Sequence record: DRR723986_4203
Strand: one strand, 5' to 3'
DNA: 43,534 bases
Made by a program: the position numbers and the translations under genes. The notes under the pieces are model-generated. The model had not been told where the DNA came from. It searched no databases and worked only from the letters and a program-made list of their open reading frames with translations. Each line of letters opens with the position of its first letter. Position 1 is the first letter of the stretch. Shown here piece after piece: positions 18,463-28,331 of this stretch.

Positions 18463-19602
18463 TTACATCAAAGCGGAGATTTTGTTGCCGCGGTGTCTTT
18501 CGAGGCGCCCGGCAAGTTCGAGTTCCAGCAGCACGACATGAACCGACCTCGCATCACCATCCGCAAAGCGTATCAATTCATCCATGTCCACCGGGGTTGG
18601 TCCAAGCGCCGCAAGGACGCGGTCACGCAGCTTTCCGTCCGGTTCGGAGCGGGAAAGAGGGGCGGTTTCGCTCTCTTCGCGGAACTGCCTGCCAAAGGGA
18701 AGGGTTGGCGCCAGTCGACCACCAAGGCTTTCCAGCACATCGTCGGTGGTTGAGACAAGTGCCGCACCCTGCCGGATCAAGCCGTTGGCACCTTCCGAAC
18801 GCGGATCCAGGGGGGAACCCGGTACGGCGAAGATGTCCCTGTTCTGCTCAAGAGCATAACGAGCGGTGTGAAGAGAGCCGGAGGCCTTGGCGGCTTCGAT
18901 AACGATGACACCCAGAGACAGGCCTGAAATCAGCCGGTTGCGCCGGGGAAAATCCCGGCTGCGGGGTTTCCAGCCAAGAGGCATCTCGCTGATGACGGCG
19001 CCTCCTGTGTCGAGAACGGCAGCAAGCAACCTGTCGTGTTCCGGCGGGTAGAGCACATTGATGCCCCCCGCGAACACGGCGATGGTACCTGTTTGTAGTG
19101 AGGCTTCATGGGCGGCAGCATCGATCCCGCGGGCGAGGCCGGACACAATTGAAAAGCTTTCCGCTCCAAGCCCCTGTGCAAATCGTGTCGCAAGTTTTCT
19201 GCCCGAAAGCGAAGCGTTGCGGGCACCGACGATCGCAATCATCCGCTCCCGGGTCAGTGCGGAGGTGCCGCCCTTTACGGACAGGAGCGGCGGCGGACCG
19301 TCGATGTGTCGCAGATGTTGCGGATAGTCGGGTTCATGCAGGCCAATCAACCGGGCCCCGATCCGCTCGTGGGCGTCCAGCTCGGCTTCGGCGTCTTCAA
19401 GCGGACAAATCCGGCTTGCCTTGCCGCCGCGCCTTGCAAGATCGGGAAGCAGCTCCAGCGCGCGTTGAGCGGAGCCAGCATGTTTCAGAAGTTCCGCGAA
19501 TGTAACGGGACCAACGTTTTCCGATCGTATTAGGCGAAGCCACGCCAGACGTTCCGTCTCGGAGAGGTTGCCGGGAGTTATATTTTCAGAAGCGCGGTTC
19601 AC
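18463..19602 (-). CDS. dprA: DNA-processing protein DprA
   Basis: [38 protein letters not shown] and AVPGSP. Confidence 0.95.
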   Translation of the reverse strand: MNRASENITPGNLSETERLAWLRLIRSENVGPVTFAELLKHAGSAQRALELLPDLARRGGKASRICPLEDAEAELDAHERIGARLIGLHEPDYPQHLRHIDGPPPLLSVKGGTSALTRERMIAIVGARNASLSGRKLATRFAQGLGAESFSIVSGLARGIDAAAHEASLQTGTIAVFAGGINVLYPPEHDRLLAAVLDTGGAVISEMPLGWKPRSRDFPRRNRLISGLSLGVIVIEAAKASGSLHTARYALEQNRDIFAVPGSPLDPRSEGANGLIRQGAALVSTTDDVLESLGGRLAPTLPFGRQFREESETAPLSRSEPDGKLRDRVLAALGPTPVDMDELIRFADGDARSVHVVLLELELAGRLERHRGNKISALM

Positions 19603-20264
19603 GCGCTTTCATCGCCGGGTGGAGACGAAGCATTGGCCGCCGGTTTGGATTTCGAGCCGATCTTGCTTTCTTCTCCACGCAGAAGCCGGCCAATGTTCTC
19701 GTGATGCTTGGCCCATAGCAGCACCGACAGCAAGACAAACATCTGAGCTATCTGAACCTGATGGAAAACGAGATAGAGCACGATCGGGGTCAGCAGGGTA
19801 GCCGTCAGTGCCGACAGAGACGAATAACGGAACAGGAAGGCCATGCCGATCCAGATGCCTGCCGCGAGCAGGAACATCGGCCAATAGAGGCCAAGCAAAA
19901 TGCCGAGGTAGGTTGCAACACCCTTGCCGCCCTTGAACTTCAGCCACACCGGGAAGAGATGCCCGAGAAACGCTCCAAGGCCGGCGATAAGAGCCATTTC
20001 CTGGCCGTAGAAGTGATTGACGATCAGAACGGCAACGGTGCCCTTCAATCCATCCCCCAGCAACGTGGCAGCTGCGAGAGATTTGCGGCCGGTGCGCAAC
20101 ACGTTGGTGGTGCCGATGTTGCCCGAGCCGATTTGGCGGATGTCTCCAAGTCCGGCCATGCGCGTGAACAGCAAGCCGAAGGGAATCGAACCGAGCAGAT
20201 AGCCGAAGGCGAGAGCGGCGAGATAGTAGGGCCAGGCAAAGGCCCAGCTGATCGGTTCTGGCAC
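19599..20264 (-). CDS. plsY: Glycerol-3-phosphate 1-O-acyltransferase PlsY
   Basis: [32 protein letters not shown] and HHENI.RL. GTG start at 20264 after GGAG. Confidence 0.95.
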   Translation of the reverse strand: MPEPISWAFAWPYYLAALAFGYLLGSIPFGLLFTRMAGLGDIRQIGSGNIGTTNVLRTGRKSLAAATLLGDGLKGTVAVLIVNHFYGQEMALIAGLGAFLGHLFPVWLKFKGGKGVATYLGILLGLYWPMFLLAAGIWIGMAFLFRYSSLSALTATLLTPIVLYLVFHQVQIAQMFVLLSVLLWAKHHENIGRLLRGEESKIGSKSKPAANASSPPGDESA

Positions 20265-20378
20265 GCGATACTCCAATGACGTGCATAATAAATAGCCATC
20301 GCAATGTAACTGCATGGCAGCCCGGATCAAGTCCGGCAATTGAGAAAAGAGTGTCTTTGCAGGGAAATAGCGCGGGGT

Positions 20379-21164
20379 CTATTCCGACAGCTTGTATTTT
20401 TCCGCTTCCACCAGCAGCGACCCGAACGGAAGGGAAATACTGGCCCGGAGCGGGACGAGATACGGCTTGTCACCAACCGGTGCGAGCCAGACTTCCATGG
20501 ACTTGTTTGCCGCGAGTTGCTGGATCGACTTGCGCTTCGGCCGGTGGCCGGAAATGGGTTCGTAACGGACACCGCAGACTATGACGTCGCCCTTGAAACG
20601 GCCATCAGACGTTCTGGTGGCCTTGCGGGATTTGTACTGCAGGTGAACGTCGTAACGTTCCTTGCCGTCGAAGATGCGCAATGTCCTGTTGCAGCTCTCC
20701 TTTGCAAGGCCTTGCGGGGCAGGAAGCACGGCGGCGGTCAGGGGATCGAGAACACTCTTAAGATGCTCTGCGGTTACCTTGACCCGTTCCTTCATCCGAT
20801 CCTGCGGCGGCCGAACTTCGATAGCATCGATACTGCCCTTACGCATCCGCATGGTGATGGTTCCGGTCTCGTCTTCACTCTTGAGGTCAAGAGCGTAGCG
20901 GGCTGGCTCCAGGTCGAGTTTTTGTGCGGTTCCAGCGACTTCAACCGTGCCTTTGCCGTCAGACACCAGCCGTCCGAAGGCGGCGGTCTGGCCATTGGCA
21001 TTGACGGAATAGGACTTGCTGTCGACATCCAGTGACAGGACGCCGGAGCCGATAGGCAGCCCAAGGGCGTAAAGCTTGTATTTAATGTAGAGATCAGCCG
21101 CCGAAGCGCTGCCGGTAAACAGCGCGGTTATCAGAAAGGCAAGGGCGATCGGGCGCATCAGCAT
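20379..21164 (-). CDS. DUF3108 family exported protein
   Basis: Signal peptide, LDPLTA, C.R.L.IFDG.ERYD and Y.PISGH. Confidence 0.75.
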   Translation of the reverse strand: MLMRPIALAFLITALFTGSASAADLYIKYKLYALGLPIGSGVLSLDVDSKSYSVNANGQTAAFGRLVSDGKGTVEVAGTAQKLDLEPARYALDLKSEDETGTITMRMRKGSIDAIEVRPPQDRMKERVKVTAEHLKSVLDPLTAAVLPAPQGLAKESCNRTLRIFDGKERYDVHLQYKSRKATRTSDGRFKGDVIVCGVRYEPISGHRPKRKSIQQLAANKSMEVWLAPVGDKPYLVPLRASISLPFGSLLVEAEKYKLSE

Positions 21165-21250
21165 GTTCCGTTGGAAGTTCCGTTCGCGCCAGATTCAGGG
21201 AGAATTGTGGCGCGAACAGGATCAACGTTGGAACGGAAACAAGGGCTTGT

Positions 21251-22552
21251 TCAGGTGTGGCTGAAAACCGTTTTCCCACCGACAACCGTGCGCAGCACCC
21301 GCCCCGAGAACCGTGCATCCTCGAAGGGAGAATTCTTCGAACGTGACTTGATGGTACTTTTTTCCAGCACCCAGGGACGCTCGGGATCGAACACGGTCAC
21401 ATCCGCCGGAGCTCCCTTGGAAAGGCGTCCGGTTTCCAGTCCCAGCCGGTCCGCTGGGCGGCAGGTCATCGCGCCAAGCAGGGTGACAAGGTCGACCTGC
21501 TCGGAATGATAAAGCCGCAAGGCGGCCGCCAGAAGGGTTTCCAGGCCGATGGCGCCGTCTTCTGCTTCCGCCCAAGGATGACGTTTGGTTTCCACGTCCT
21601 GCGGGTCATGATTGGAGCAGATGATGTCGATGGTGCCGTCGGCAACAGCCGCGATCATCGCTTGTCGGTCGTCTTCATCGCGCAGTGGTGGCGACATCTT
21701 GAAGAACGTCCGATAGGCGCCGATGTCGTTTTCATTGTGGGTCAGGTGATTGATCGACACACCGGCGGTGATGTCCAGCCCTTTCGCCTTGCCTGCTCGA
21801 ACCACGTCTGCGCTGTCGGAGGTGGAAATGAGGTTTGCGTGGTACTTGCCCTTGGACATGGCAACCAGGCGCAGGTCCCGCTCCAGCATGATGATTTCCG
21901 CTTCACGCGGCACACCGGAAAGACCTTTCCAACTGGCGTTCAGGCCTGCGTTCATGACCCCGCCGGCGAGGTCCGGGTCTTCCGTGTGGTGGATGACCAG
22001 CGCGTCGAAATCGCGGGCATAGGTCATCATGCGGCGCATGACCTGGGCATTCTTGACCGACTTGTGGCCGTTGGTGAAGGCAACGGCTCCCGCTTCCTTC
22101 AGCAAGCCGATTTCGGCCATTTCCTCGCCCTTGAGGCCCTTGGTCAAGGCGGCCAGTGGCAACACGTTGACGATGGCCGTGTCACGCGCCCGGCGCAGGA
22201 TGAAATCGACCAGCGCGGGATCGTCAATGACCGGATCCGTATCGGGCATTGTGCAAATTGTCGTCACGCCGCCGCTTGCGGCAGCCTGGGAGGCACTGGC
22301 GAGCGTTTCCCGGTGTTCTGCACCCGGTTCCCCGACGGAGACGCAGAAGTCGATCAGGCCCGGACAGGCGATCGCGCCCTTGCAGTCGATGATTTCCGCT
22401 CCGTAGGGAGAGCCCTGGTTGGCGGCTTCCGGCCCGGCGGCGAGAATGGTGCCGTCCGCGATGATGACGGAACCTGGAGCATCCAGGCCGCGTGCCGGGT
22501 CAATCACTCTGGCGTTTGAAAGAACCAGAGGTTTGGGTGTGTCGTATGCCAC
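21251..22552 (-). CDS. pyrC: Dihydroorotase-like protein (PyrC', probably the inactive structural subunit of ATCase)
   Basis: GEPG.EHRET, AA.GG.TT, MPDT.P.ID and K.SPPLR. The metal-binding HxH is replaced (DFCVS). Follows pyrB. GTG start at 22552 after GGGGA. Confidence 0.9.
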   Translation of the reverse strand: MAYDTPKPLVLSNARVIDPARGLDAPGSVIIADGTILAAGPEAANQGSPYGAEIIDCKGAIACPGLIDFCVSVGEPGAEHRETLASASQAAASGGVTTICTMPDTDPVIDDPALVDFILRRARDTAIVNVLPLAALTKGLKGEEMAEIGLLKEAGAVAFTNGHKSVKNAQVMRRMMTYARDFDALVIHHTEDPDLAGGVMNAGLNASWKGLSGVPREAEIIMLERDLRLVAMSKGKYHANLISTSDSADVVRAGKAKGLDITAGVSINHLTHNENDIGAYRTFFKMSPPLRDEDDRQAMIAAVADGTIDIICSNHDPQDVETKRHPWAEAEDGAIGLETLLAAALRLYHSEQVDLVTLLGAMTCRPADRLGLETGRLSKGAPADVTVFDPERPWVLEKSTIKSRSKNSPFEDARFSGRVLRTVVGGKTVFSHT

Positions 22553-22569
22553 GTGTCTTGTCCCCTGGA

Positions 22570-23526
22570 TCAATTGTTCGGCAGATTGGCGGCAAGGGCT
22601 TCAAGCACGGCCATGCGCACGGCAACGCCCATTTCCACCTGTTCGCGAATAAGGCTTTGGGCGCCATCGGCAATCGAGGCATCGATCTCGACACCGCGGT
22701 TCATCGGCCCCGGATGCATGACAAGGGCGTCTTCCTTTGCATAGGCGAGCTTTTCCGCGTCCAGTCCGTAGTAGCGGTAATATTCCCGTACAGATGGAAT
22801 GAAGGCACCGTTCATGCGCTCGCGCTGCAGGCGCAGCATCATGACGATGTCGGCACCCGCCAGGCCTTCCTTCATGCTGGTGAAGACCTCGACGCCCATC
22901 TTGGCGATGCCGGACGGCAGGAGGGTGGTGGGGGCAACAACACGGACGCGCGCTCCGAGCGCGTTCAGAAGAATGATATTGGACCGGGCAACGCGAGAAT
23001 GGGCGATGTCACCGCAGATGGCCACGGTCAGCCGCGCGATCTTTCCCTTGTGTCGCCGGATGGTAAGAGCATCGAGCAGGGCCTGTGTCGGGTGTTCATG
23101 CGGGCCGTCGCCGGCATTGACCACGGAGCAGCCGACCTTGCGCGCCAGAAGATGCACCGCACCGGCCGCGTGGTGGCGAACCACCAGAAGATCGGGGTGC
23201 ATGGCGTTCAGCGTAGCCGCCGTATCGATCAGCGTTTCGCCCTTCTTCACCGACGACTGGGACACTGCCATGTTCATCACATCCGCCCCGAGCCGTTTTC
23301 CGGCCAGTTCAAATGAACTTTGGGTGCGGGTTGAGTTCTCGAAAAAGAGGTTGATCTGGGTTCGTCCCTGCAAGACCAGCCGTCGTTTGCTGATCTGGCG
23401 GGAAACCTCTACGGCTTCTTCCGCCCGGTCCAGAAGGCCCAGAATTTCGTGGGGGTGAAGGCCCTCTATGCCCAGCAAATGACGATGGGGATAAGGGCTG
23501 TCTCGATGGGTGTTGCTCGCGGTCAT
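22570..23526 (-). CDS. pyrB: Aspartate carbamoyltransferase catalytic subunit
   Basis: [37 protein letters not shown] and MHPGPMNRG. Confidence 0.98.
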   Translation of the reverse strand: MTASNTHRDSPYPHRHLLGIEGLHPHEILGLLDRAEEAVEVSRQISKRRLVLQGRTQINLFFENSTRTQSSFELAGKRLGADVMNMAVSQSSVKKGETLIDTAATLNAMHPDLLVVRHHAAGAVHLLARKVGCSVVNAGDGPHEHPTQALLDALTIRRHKGKIARLTVAICGDIAHSRVARSNIILLNALGARVRVVAPTTLLPSGIAKMGVEVFTSMKEGLAGADIVMMLRLQRERMNGAFIPSVREYYRYYGLDAEKLAYAKEDALVMHPGPMNRGVEIDASIADGAQSLIREQVEMGVAVRMAVLEALAANLPNN

Positions 23527-23964
23527 CGAGACCATTCCTATAAGGAGGAACGCCCGGTTCGACAAGTCAGGAAATCACATCATGCCCGCTGTCCACACAC
23601 CTGCTAAATATTTGATCGGCTGGACAAAATATGGCTGCGTGCGCGGCGGTAGACGGGAGAGGTTTCAAAGGCGGCACTCGCAGGCGCTGCCAAAGGGTTG
23701 AAACTATTGTGTTCCACTCAAGATCACGACCGAATCTCGGCGAGAATACTGTCGCAATCGTCGCAAAGAGCCTGCAGGTTTCCATCCGATTGCAGCTTGC
23801 AGTCAACCTTGCCGGAAGCAGGTGATAAGTTTCTGAAAATTATAAGAAATTTTCAGTTTCTGCCAGGCGTTGCGCATGGCTCGGTAACTGTGCCGGCTTA
23901 AAGCGAACTGTTGACGGGCACGATTTTGCGCAATTGGGCGAGCAGCTGCTGCCAAAGAGCCCGA

Positions 23965-24891
23965 TCAAGTGACCAGCAGCAGGGCGAGCGGGATCGTCAG
24001 GGTCGCTGCCAGGGTCTGAAGCGTGATGATCTCGGCCATCAGCTTTGCGTCGCCGCCCATCTGGCGGGCGAGCAGGTAGGAGTTGCTGGCGCAGGGCACT
24101 GAACTGGCAATGATGACGACGATCAATGCGGGCCCCGTAACGCCGAAAAGACTGGCAAAGCCAAAGGCAAGCAACGGCATGAATATCGGTCGCAAAAAGG
24201 TGCCGAGGGCGAGTGCCGGTCCCGGTCTGCGGAGTGAGCCGAGGTCCAGCCCGGCTCCGACGCAGATGATGCCGATGGGGAGTGCGGCCCTGGAGAAAAT
24301 CTCCAGGGTATCGTCGACCACAAAAGGCAGGGAGATGCCACCCGCGTTCATGATGCCGCCTGCGCCGATCGAGAGGATGAAGGGATTGGTGAACAGGTCT
24401 TTCAGGATCTTGGCGCCACTTGGTGACGTTCCGCTTGCGTAGTGCGACAGCACAAGGATGCTGGCGACGTTGAGCAAGGGGATCATGAACACCATTGCGA
24501 CCGCAAGCATGGCCAGCCCTGTTTCGCCGACCACATTGTCGGCAATCGCGAGCGCGATCATGGCGTTCCAGCGCAAGGTGCCCTGAAAGATGGAGGTAAA
24601 ACGCGGCGCGGCGATTCCCCAGGCACGCTCGATGGTCGTGCGTGCCAGAAGCAGAAGCAGCGCCATGGACAAGATGGAGGCGAGCAGGGCGCCGCCCATG
24701 TTGAGCGTCGGAAAACTGGCGAAATCCGCTTGCGAGATCGTGCGGAACAACACCGCCGGAAACAGGACATAATAGGCAAGCCGTTCGACACCACGCCATT
24801 GCTCGCCGGTAATCAGTCCGGTGCGGGCGATCAGGTAGCCGGAGGCAATCACGAGGATGACCGGCATCAGGGCGGCAAGTGTGGTCAGCAT
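23965..24891 (-). CDS. AEC (auxin efflux carrier) family transporter
   Basis: About 10 hydrophobic segments, YY.LFPA.LF, NPFI and P.A.NSY.LARQMGGDA. Confidence 0.9.
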   Translation of the reverse strand: MLTTLAALMPVILVIASGYLIARTGLITGEQWRGVERLAYYVLFPAVLFRTISQADFASFPTLNMGGALLASILSMALLLLLARTTIERAWGIAAPRFTSIFQGTLRWNAMIALAIADNVVGETGLAMLAVAMVFMIPLLNVASILVLSHYASGTSPSGAKILKDLFTNPFILSIGAGGIMNAGGISLPFVVDDTLEIFSRAALPIGIICVGAGLDLGSLRRPGPALALGTFLRPIFMPLLAFGFASLFGVTGPALIVVIIASSVPCASNSYLLARQMGGDAKLMAEIITLQTLAATLTIPLALLLVT

Positions 24892-24952
24892 GTGTTCGGC
24901 TTTCGCGTTCGACAGGCCTTGAAACAAGGGCCCGTACCCTGCAGCGGTGGGA

Positions 24953-25441
24953 TCAGCCGTTATCTAAGCCCATAAAGCCGAGTCGGTCCAGAAAGCCCTG
25001 CAGGATGTAGGCAGCGGCCATCTTGTCGACCACGTCGGCCCGTTTCGCACGGCTCGTATCGGCTTCCAGCAGCGTGCGCGTCACGGCCGCCGTCGACAGC
25101 CGCTCGTCCCAATAGGTGATCGGCAGGTCCGTTTTCTGCGAAAGGTTTCTCACGAAGGCGCGGGTCGCCTGGACACGGGGGCCTTCGGAGCCATCCATGT
25201 TGAGTGGCAAACCGAGCACCATGCCGCCGACGCCCTGCTTGGCGCAGATAGCCAGGAGTTGTTCCGCATCCAGGGTGAACTTCTTGCGCCGGATCGTTTC
25301 CATGGGAGAGGCGATGCCACGTCCGAGATCTGAAAGCGCCAGACCAATGGTCTTGGTGCCAAGATCCAGGCCGATCAGCCGGGTGCGGTCGGGCACGGCG
25401 GCCATGAAGTCTTCCAGGGAAAGTGCGGGGTCATTTGCCAT
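24953..25441 (-). CDS. ruvX: Holliday junction resolvase-like / pre-16S rRNA nuclease (YqgF)
   Basis: [27 protein letters not shown] and [10 protein letters not shown]. Confidence 0.95.
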   Translation of the reverse strand: MANDPALSLEDFMAAVPDRTRLIGLDLGTKTIGLALSDLGRGIASPMETIRRKKFTLDAEQLLAICAKQGVGGMVLGLPLNMDGSEGPRVQATRAFVRNLSQKTDLPITYWDERLSTAAVTRTLLEADTSRAKRADVVDKMAAAYILQGFLDRLGFMGLDNG

Positions 25442-25489
25442 TCGGCGGCTTTACCAGCGAGCCATGGAAAACACCAGTTCGATTTTCAA

Positions 25490-27253
25490 TCAGAACCCGA
25501 TGGCAACACGAAGTTGCCCTTCCCAAACGTCCAGCCCGTTCTGGCCCAGGCTGAGATAGCCTCCCTTTGCATCAAGCGTCACGTTCTCCGCAATCAGGGC
25601 AGTCGCCCCGCCACGCAGTGTAAAGCTCCAGGCCGATGCGGTGACAAAGTTCAGTTCATCATCGAGGATCTTGCCGTCGTTCGGTCGCAAATATTCGTAT
25701 ACCGCGCCTGCTTCCACATAGGGCTGGATCAGAAGCCCGTCCTGCAAGGTGAATTGACGGCTGAATTCGGTCGTAAGTTCAATTGTACCCAGAGAGGCGG
25801 CATTGCCCGAGATGGGAACGCTTATGGCCCGGTTGAGTATCGTCCCGTTCAGATCGTAACCATCGGAAAACACGCGGTTGAAGGTTACGGTCGCCTTGGG
25901 GCGTACCTGGATCTCGCTCAGCGAATACTGGCCGTGAACACTGAAAGTCGCGCCGAGTTCATGAGTATTGTATTCGCCGCTCAAAACCGAGATATCCGAC
26001 TGGCTGTTTGAAAAGCCATAGCTCAGCGAGCCATCAACCGCCCAGTGCTGAGAAATTCGTGCGGCAACATAGGGGCCGATTTCAAAGCCCTGGGTGTCGA
26101 TTGTCAGGTTGGAATTGAAGCCGTCGGTGTCGATGGTTTCAAAGGTTACGGAAATACCGCCGACGATATCTTCGGTTAGCTTGCGGTCGGCACCAAAGGC
26201 CGCGGTTCCGCTGAGTGTCTGAAAGTCCCTGCCAAAACGCCTGTCGTCGCTGTAGACGCCGGTTACCGTGCTCCAGGCATTCCAGAGTGTCGGTTCGATC
26301 AGATCCCGGCCCGGTGTGATTGGAACTTCATCCTGCGCCTGCAGACGTCCGGCGGCCAGCAGTTGTTCCCGGGTGCAGAACGTCTGTGCATTGTCAGTCT
26401 TTGTCTCTTCGGCTGATCGTGGATCGACGCAATAACTGATTACCTGACCATCAGCGCGCCTGACCGGCACAAAGCCGGCCGGAAGGCTCGGTTGATTTGG
26501 ATTGCGGCTGCCGGGCGGCAGGGTTCCGATTGGTGGCGTGACCGTGCCAGGCGCTCCAGGAGAGCCGGGGAGGCCACCGGATGGAGGAAGCGTGCCGATG
26601 GGAGGTGTTACCCCTCCAGGTGCCCCTGGCAAAACGCCCGAAGGCCGCACAATGCCGATTGGTGGTGTGGCTGTTCCGGGACGTCCGGGTGAAAGTCCGG
26701 CCGGTGGCAGTGTCCCTATTGGCGGAGTAACGCCGCTAGATGGTGGCGAAATCGGACCTGGCAGCCCGGGCATCACTCCGCTGGGAGGAAGGACCGCGAT
26801 CGGTGGGACCGGCCGTCCGAAATCGGGAAACAGCCTGCCGATTGGAGGCTTTACCAAGTTTGGCGGCTTGATGTTGTCGGGCAGCTGGAAATCGCGTTTC
26901 TGGTTCTGCGTATCGATAAGACAATCGGAACCGCCGTCGACACTGTAAAGCTTGTGCGTGCCACCGTTTCCGTTCGAAACGACCGGAGAAGTTGATAAAT
27001 GCAGGCCGGTGCTGGAGCGGGACCAGGTGTCGACAGTCTGATTGCCTTGCGCGGCGTCCAGCCGGTAACCTCCTGCGACCGTTCCCGAAATCCAGATCGA
27101 ACGGCTATCGGATTTGTTGGTTCCCAGAAAAAGCAGGCCGCCATCATTTTTGCAATTGGCGGCAAGGGCGGATGTCGAAAGGCTGCTGAAGAGCAGAGCT
27201 GCCGGGCAGATGACGTCCAGCCAGGCACGTTTCGAACGCAATCGCATCGGCAT
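25490..27253 (-). CDS. Autotransporter beta-barrel protein with a Pro/Gly-rich repeat linker
   Basis: Signal peptide (...SALA-ANC), a Pro-rich central region, and about 260 C-terminal residues of amphipathic strands (GAD, GPY, QPY) ending LRVAIGF. Start at 27253 or 27247. Confidence 0.8.
   Translation of the reverse strand: MPMRLRSKRAWLDVICPAALLFSSLSTSALAANCKNDGGLLFLGTNKSDSRSIWISGTVAGGYRLDAAQGNQTVDTWSRSSTGLHLSTSPVVSNGNGGTHKLYSVDGGSDCLIDTQNQKRDFQLPDNIKPPNLVKPPIGRLFPDFGRPVPPIAVLPPSGVMPGLPGPISPPSSGVTPPIGTLPPAGLSPGRPGTATPPIGIVRPSGVLPGAPGGVTPPIGTLPPSGGLPGSPGAPGTVTPPIGTLPPGSRNPNQPSLPAGFVPVRRADGQVISYCVDPRSAEETKTDNAQTFCTREQLLAAGRLQAQDEVPITPGRDLIEPTLWNAWSTVTGVYSDDRRFGRDFQTLSGTAAFGADRKLTEDIVGGISVTFETIDTDGFNSNLTIDTQGFEIGPYVAARISQHWAVDGSLSYGFSNSQSDISVLSGEYNTHELGATFSVHGQYSLSEIQVRPKATVTFNRVFSDGYDLNGTILNRAISVPISGNAASLGTIELTTEFSRQFTLQDGLLIQPYVEAGAVYEYLRPNDGKILDDELNFVTASAWSFTLRGGATALIAENVTLDAKGGYLSLGQNGLDVWEGQLRVAIGF
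26505..26850 (-). repeat. Degenerate coding repeats, about six copies of (V/A)TPPIG(T/I)LPP(S/A)G
   Basis: PPIGRL, PPIAVLPPSG, VTPPIGTLPPAG, ATPPIGIVRPSG, VTPPIGTLPPSG and VTPPIGTLPPGS in the translation. Confidence 0.8.
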
Positions 27254-27482
27254 TGCTCCAGAGTCTCTCGAATCCCCAACGTCATCTTGCGTTGAAGTAG
27301 AAGGAGAAACCAGCTCTGGTTGTTGAAAAAATTGAGGCGTTGCCATAATTGCGCAGATGCACTGTCAAAAATATCGATAACAAGACCGTGCCCTGCAAGG
27401 CAGATTGAACGCATTCAGCTTGTTGCGGACCGGCTGCCGCTGATAGGGTCCCGAAAACCTGTCGTCGAATTAGGAGACCGTG

Positions 27483-28187
27483 ATGAAACTGACCTGGTAT
27501 GGCCATTCCGCCTTCAAGATCGAGATTGAAGGAGCATCCATCCTGTTCGATCCGTTCTTTAGCGGAAATCCGTCTTTTCCCGAGAACCTGTCAGTCGATC
27601 AGGCGTCAGATGGCGTAACGCATGTCATCCTGACCCATGGTCACAACGATCACATCGGTGACGCCGTTGACATCCTGAAAAAAACCGGTGCGCAGCTGAC
27701 GTCCAATTTCGAAATCTGCATGTGGGCCAACCGGCAGGGGATCGAGAATATCAGTCCCATGAATTCCGGCGGCAAGGTGAACGTTGGCCCGTTCAGCGTC
27801 GCGCTGACGCGCGCCGATCACTCGTCGTCCTTCCAGGCTGGCGGTGAGGCCGTCTATCTGGGCAATCCACATGGTGTCATCATCGAAGCCCCTGGAGAAA
27901 AGACGCTCTATCATCTGGGAGATACCGACATCTTCTCCGATATGGCCCTGATCGACGAGATCTACCAGCCGAAAATCGGGCTTGTTCCCATCGGAGACCG
28001 CTTCACGATGGGTGGCAAGACGGCAGCGCTCGCCTGCACCCGTTTCTTCAACTTCGATACGATCATTCCCTGCCATTACGGCTCGTTCCCGATCATCGAC
28101 CAGACGGCGGATACGTTCCTTCAGGCAATGGGCGGCGATCGCGACAAGGTGGCAAAGCCAAAACCCGGTGAACCGATTGACGTCTGA
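27483..28187 (+). CDS. Metal-dependent hydrolase, metallo-beta-lactamase fold (UPF0173)
   Basis: WYGHSAF, THGHNDH.GD, HSS, YHLGDT, PIGDRFTM and IPCHY; AGGAG RBS. Confidence 0.92.
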   Translation: MKLTWYGHSAFKIEIEGASILFDPFFSGNPSFPENLSVDQASDGVTHVILTHGHNDHIGDAVDILKKTGAQLTSNFEICMWANRQGIENISPMNSGGKVNVGPFSVALTRADHSSSFQAGGEAVYLGNPHGVIIEAPGEKTLYHLGDTDIFSDMALIDEIYQPKIGLVPIGDRFTMGGKTAALACTRFFNFDTIIPCHYGSFPIIDQTADTFLQAMGGDRDKVAKPKPGEPIDV

Positions 28188-28331
28188 CGGGGCCTGCCGA
28201 GGGAAGCAATCTTTGCTTGTCTCACTTGGATGTAGAGGTTTAGTCTTTTTCCGAGAAATTTAAGAAGTAGGGGTGGTTTTCTTGTTTTGTGACGCTGGGA
28301 CCTTTGGTTCCAGCGTCCAGCGGAGGATAAT

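Noticed and set aside
18463..19602. dprA as evidence of a competence or defence island
   Set aside because: plsY-dprA-topA is standard core synteny.
21506..22519. 337-aa plus-strand ORF
   Set aside because: Antisense to the pyrC-like gene; a codon-bias artefact.
23840..24799. 319-aa same-strand alternative-frame ORF
   Set aside because: Overlaps the intact AEC transporter; Arg/His-rich off-frame composition and no frameshift signal.
26505..26850. Repeats considered as a CRISPR array or DNA tandem repeat
   Set aside because: Conserved at the protein level with variable synonymous positions; no constant repeat-spacer pattern and no cas genes.
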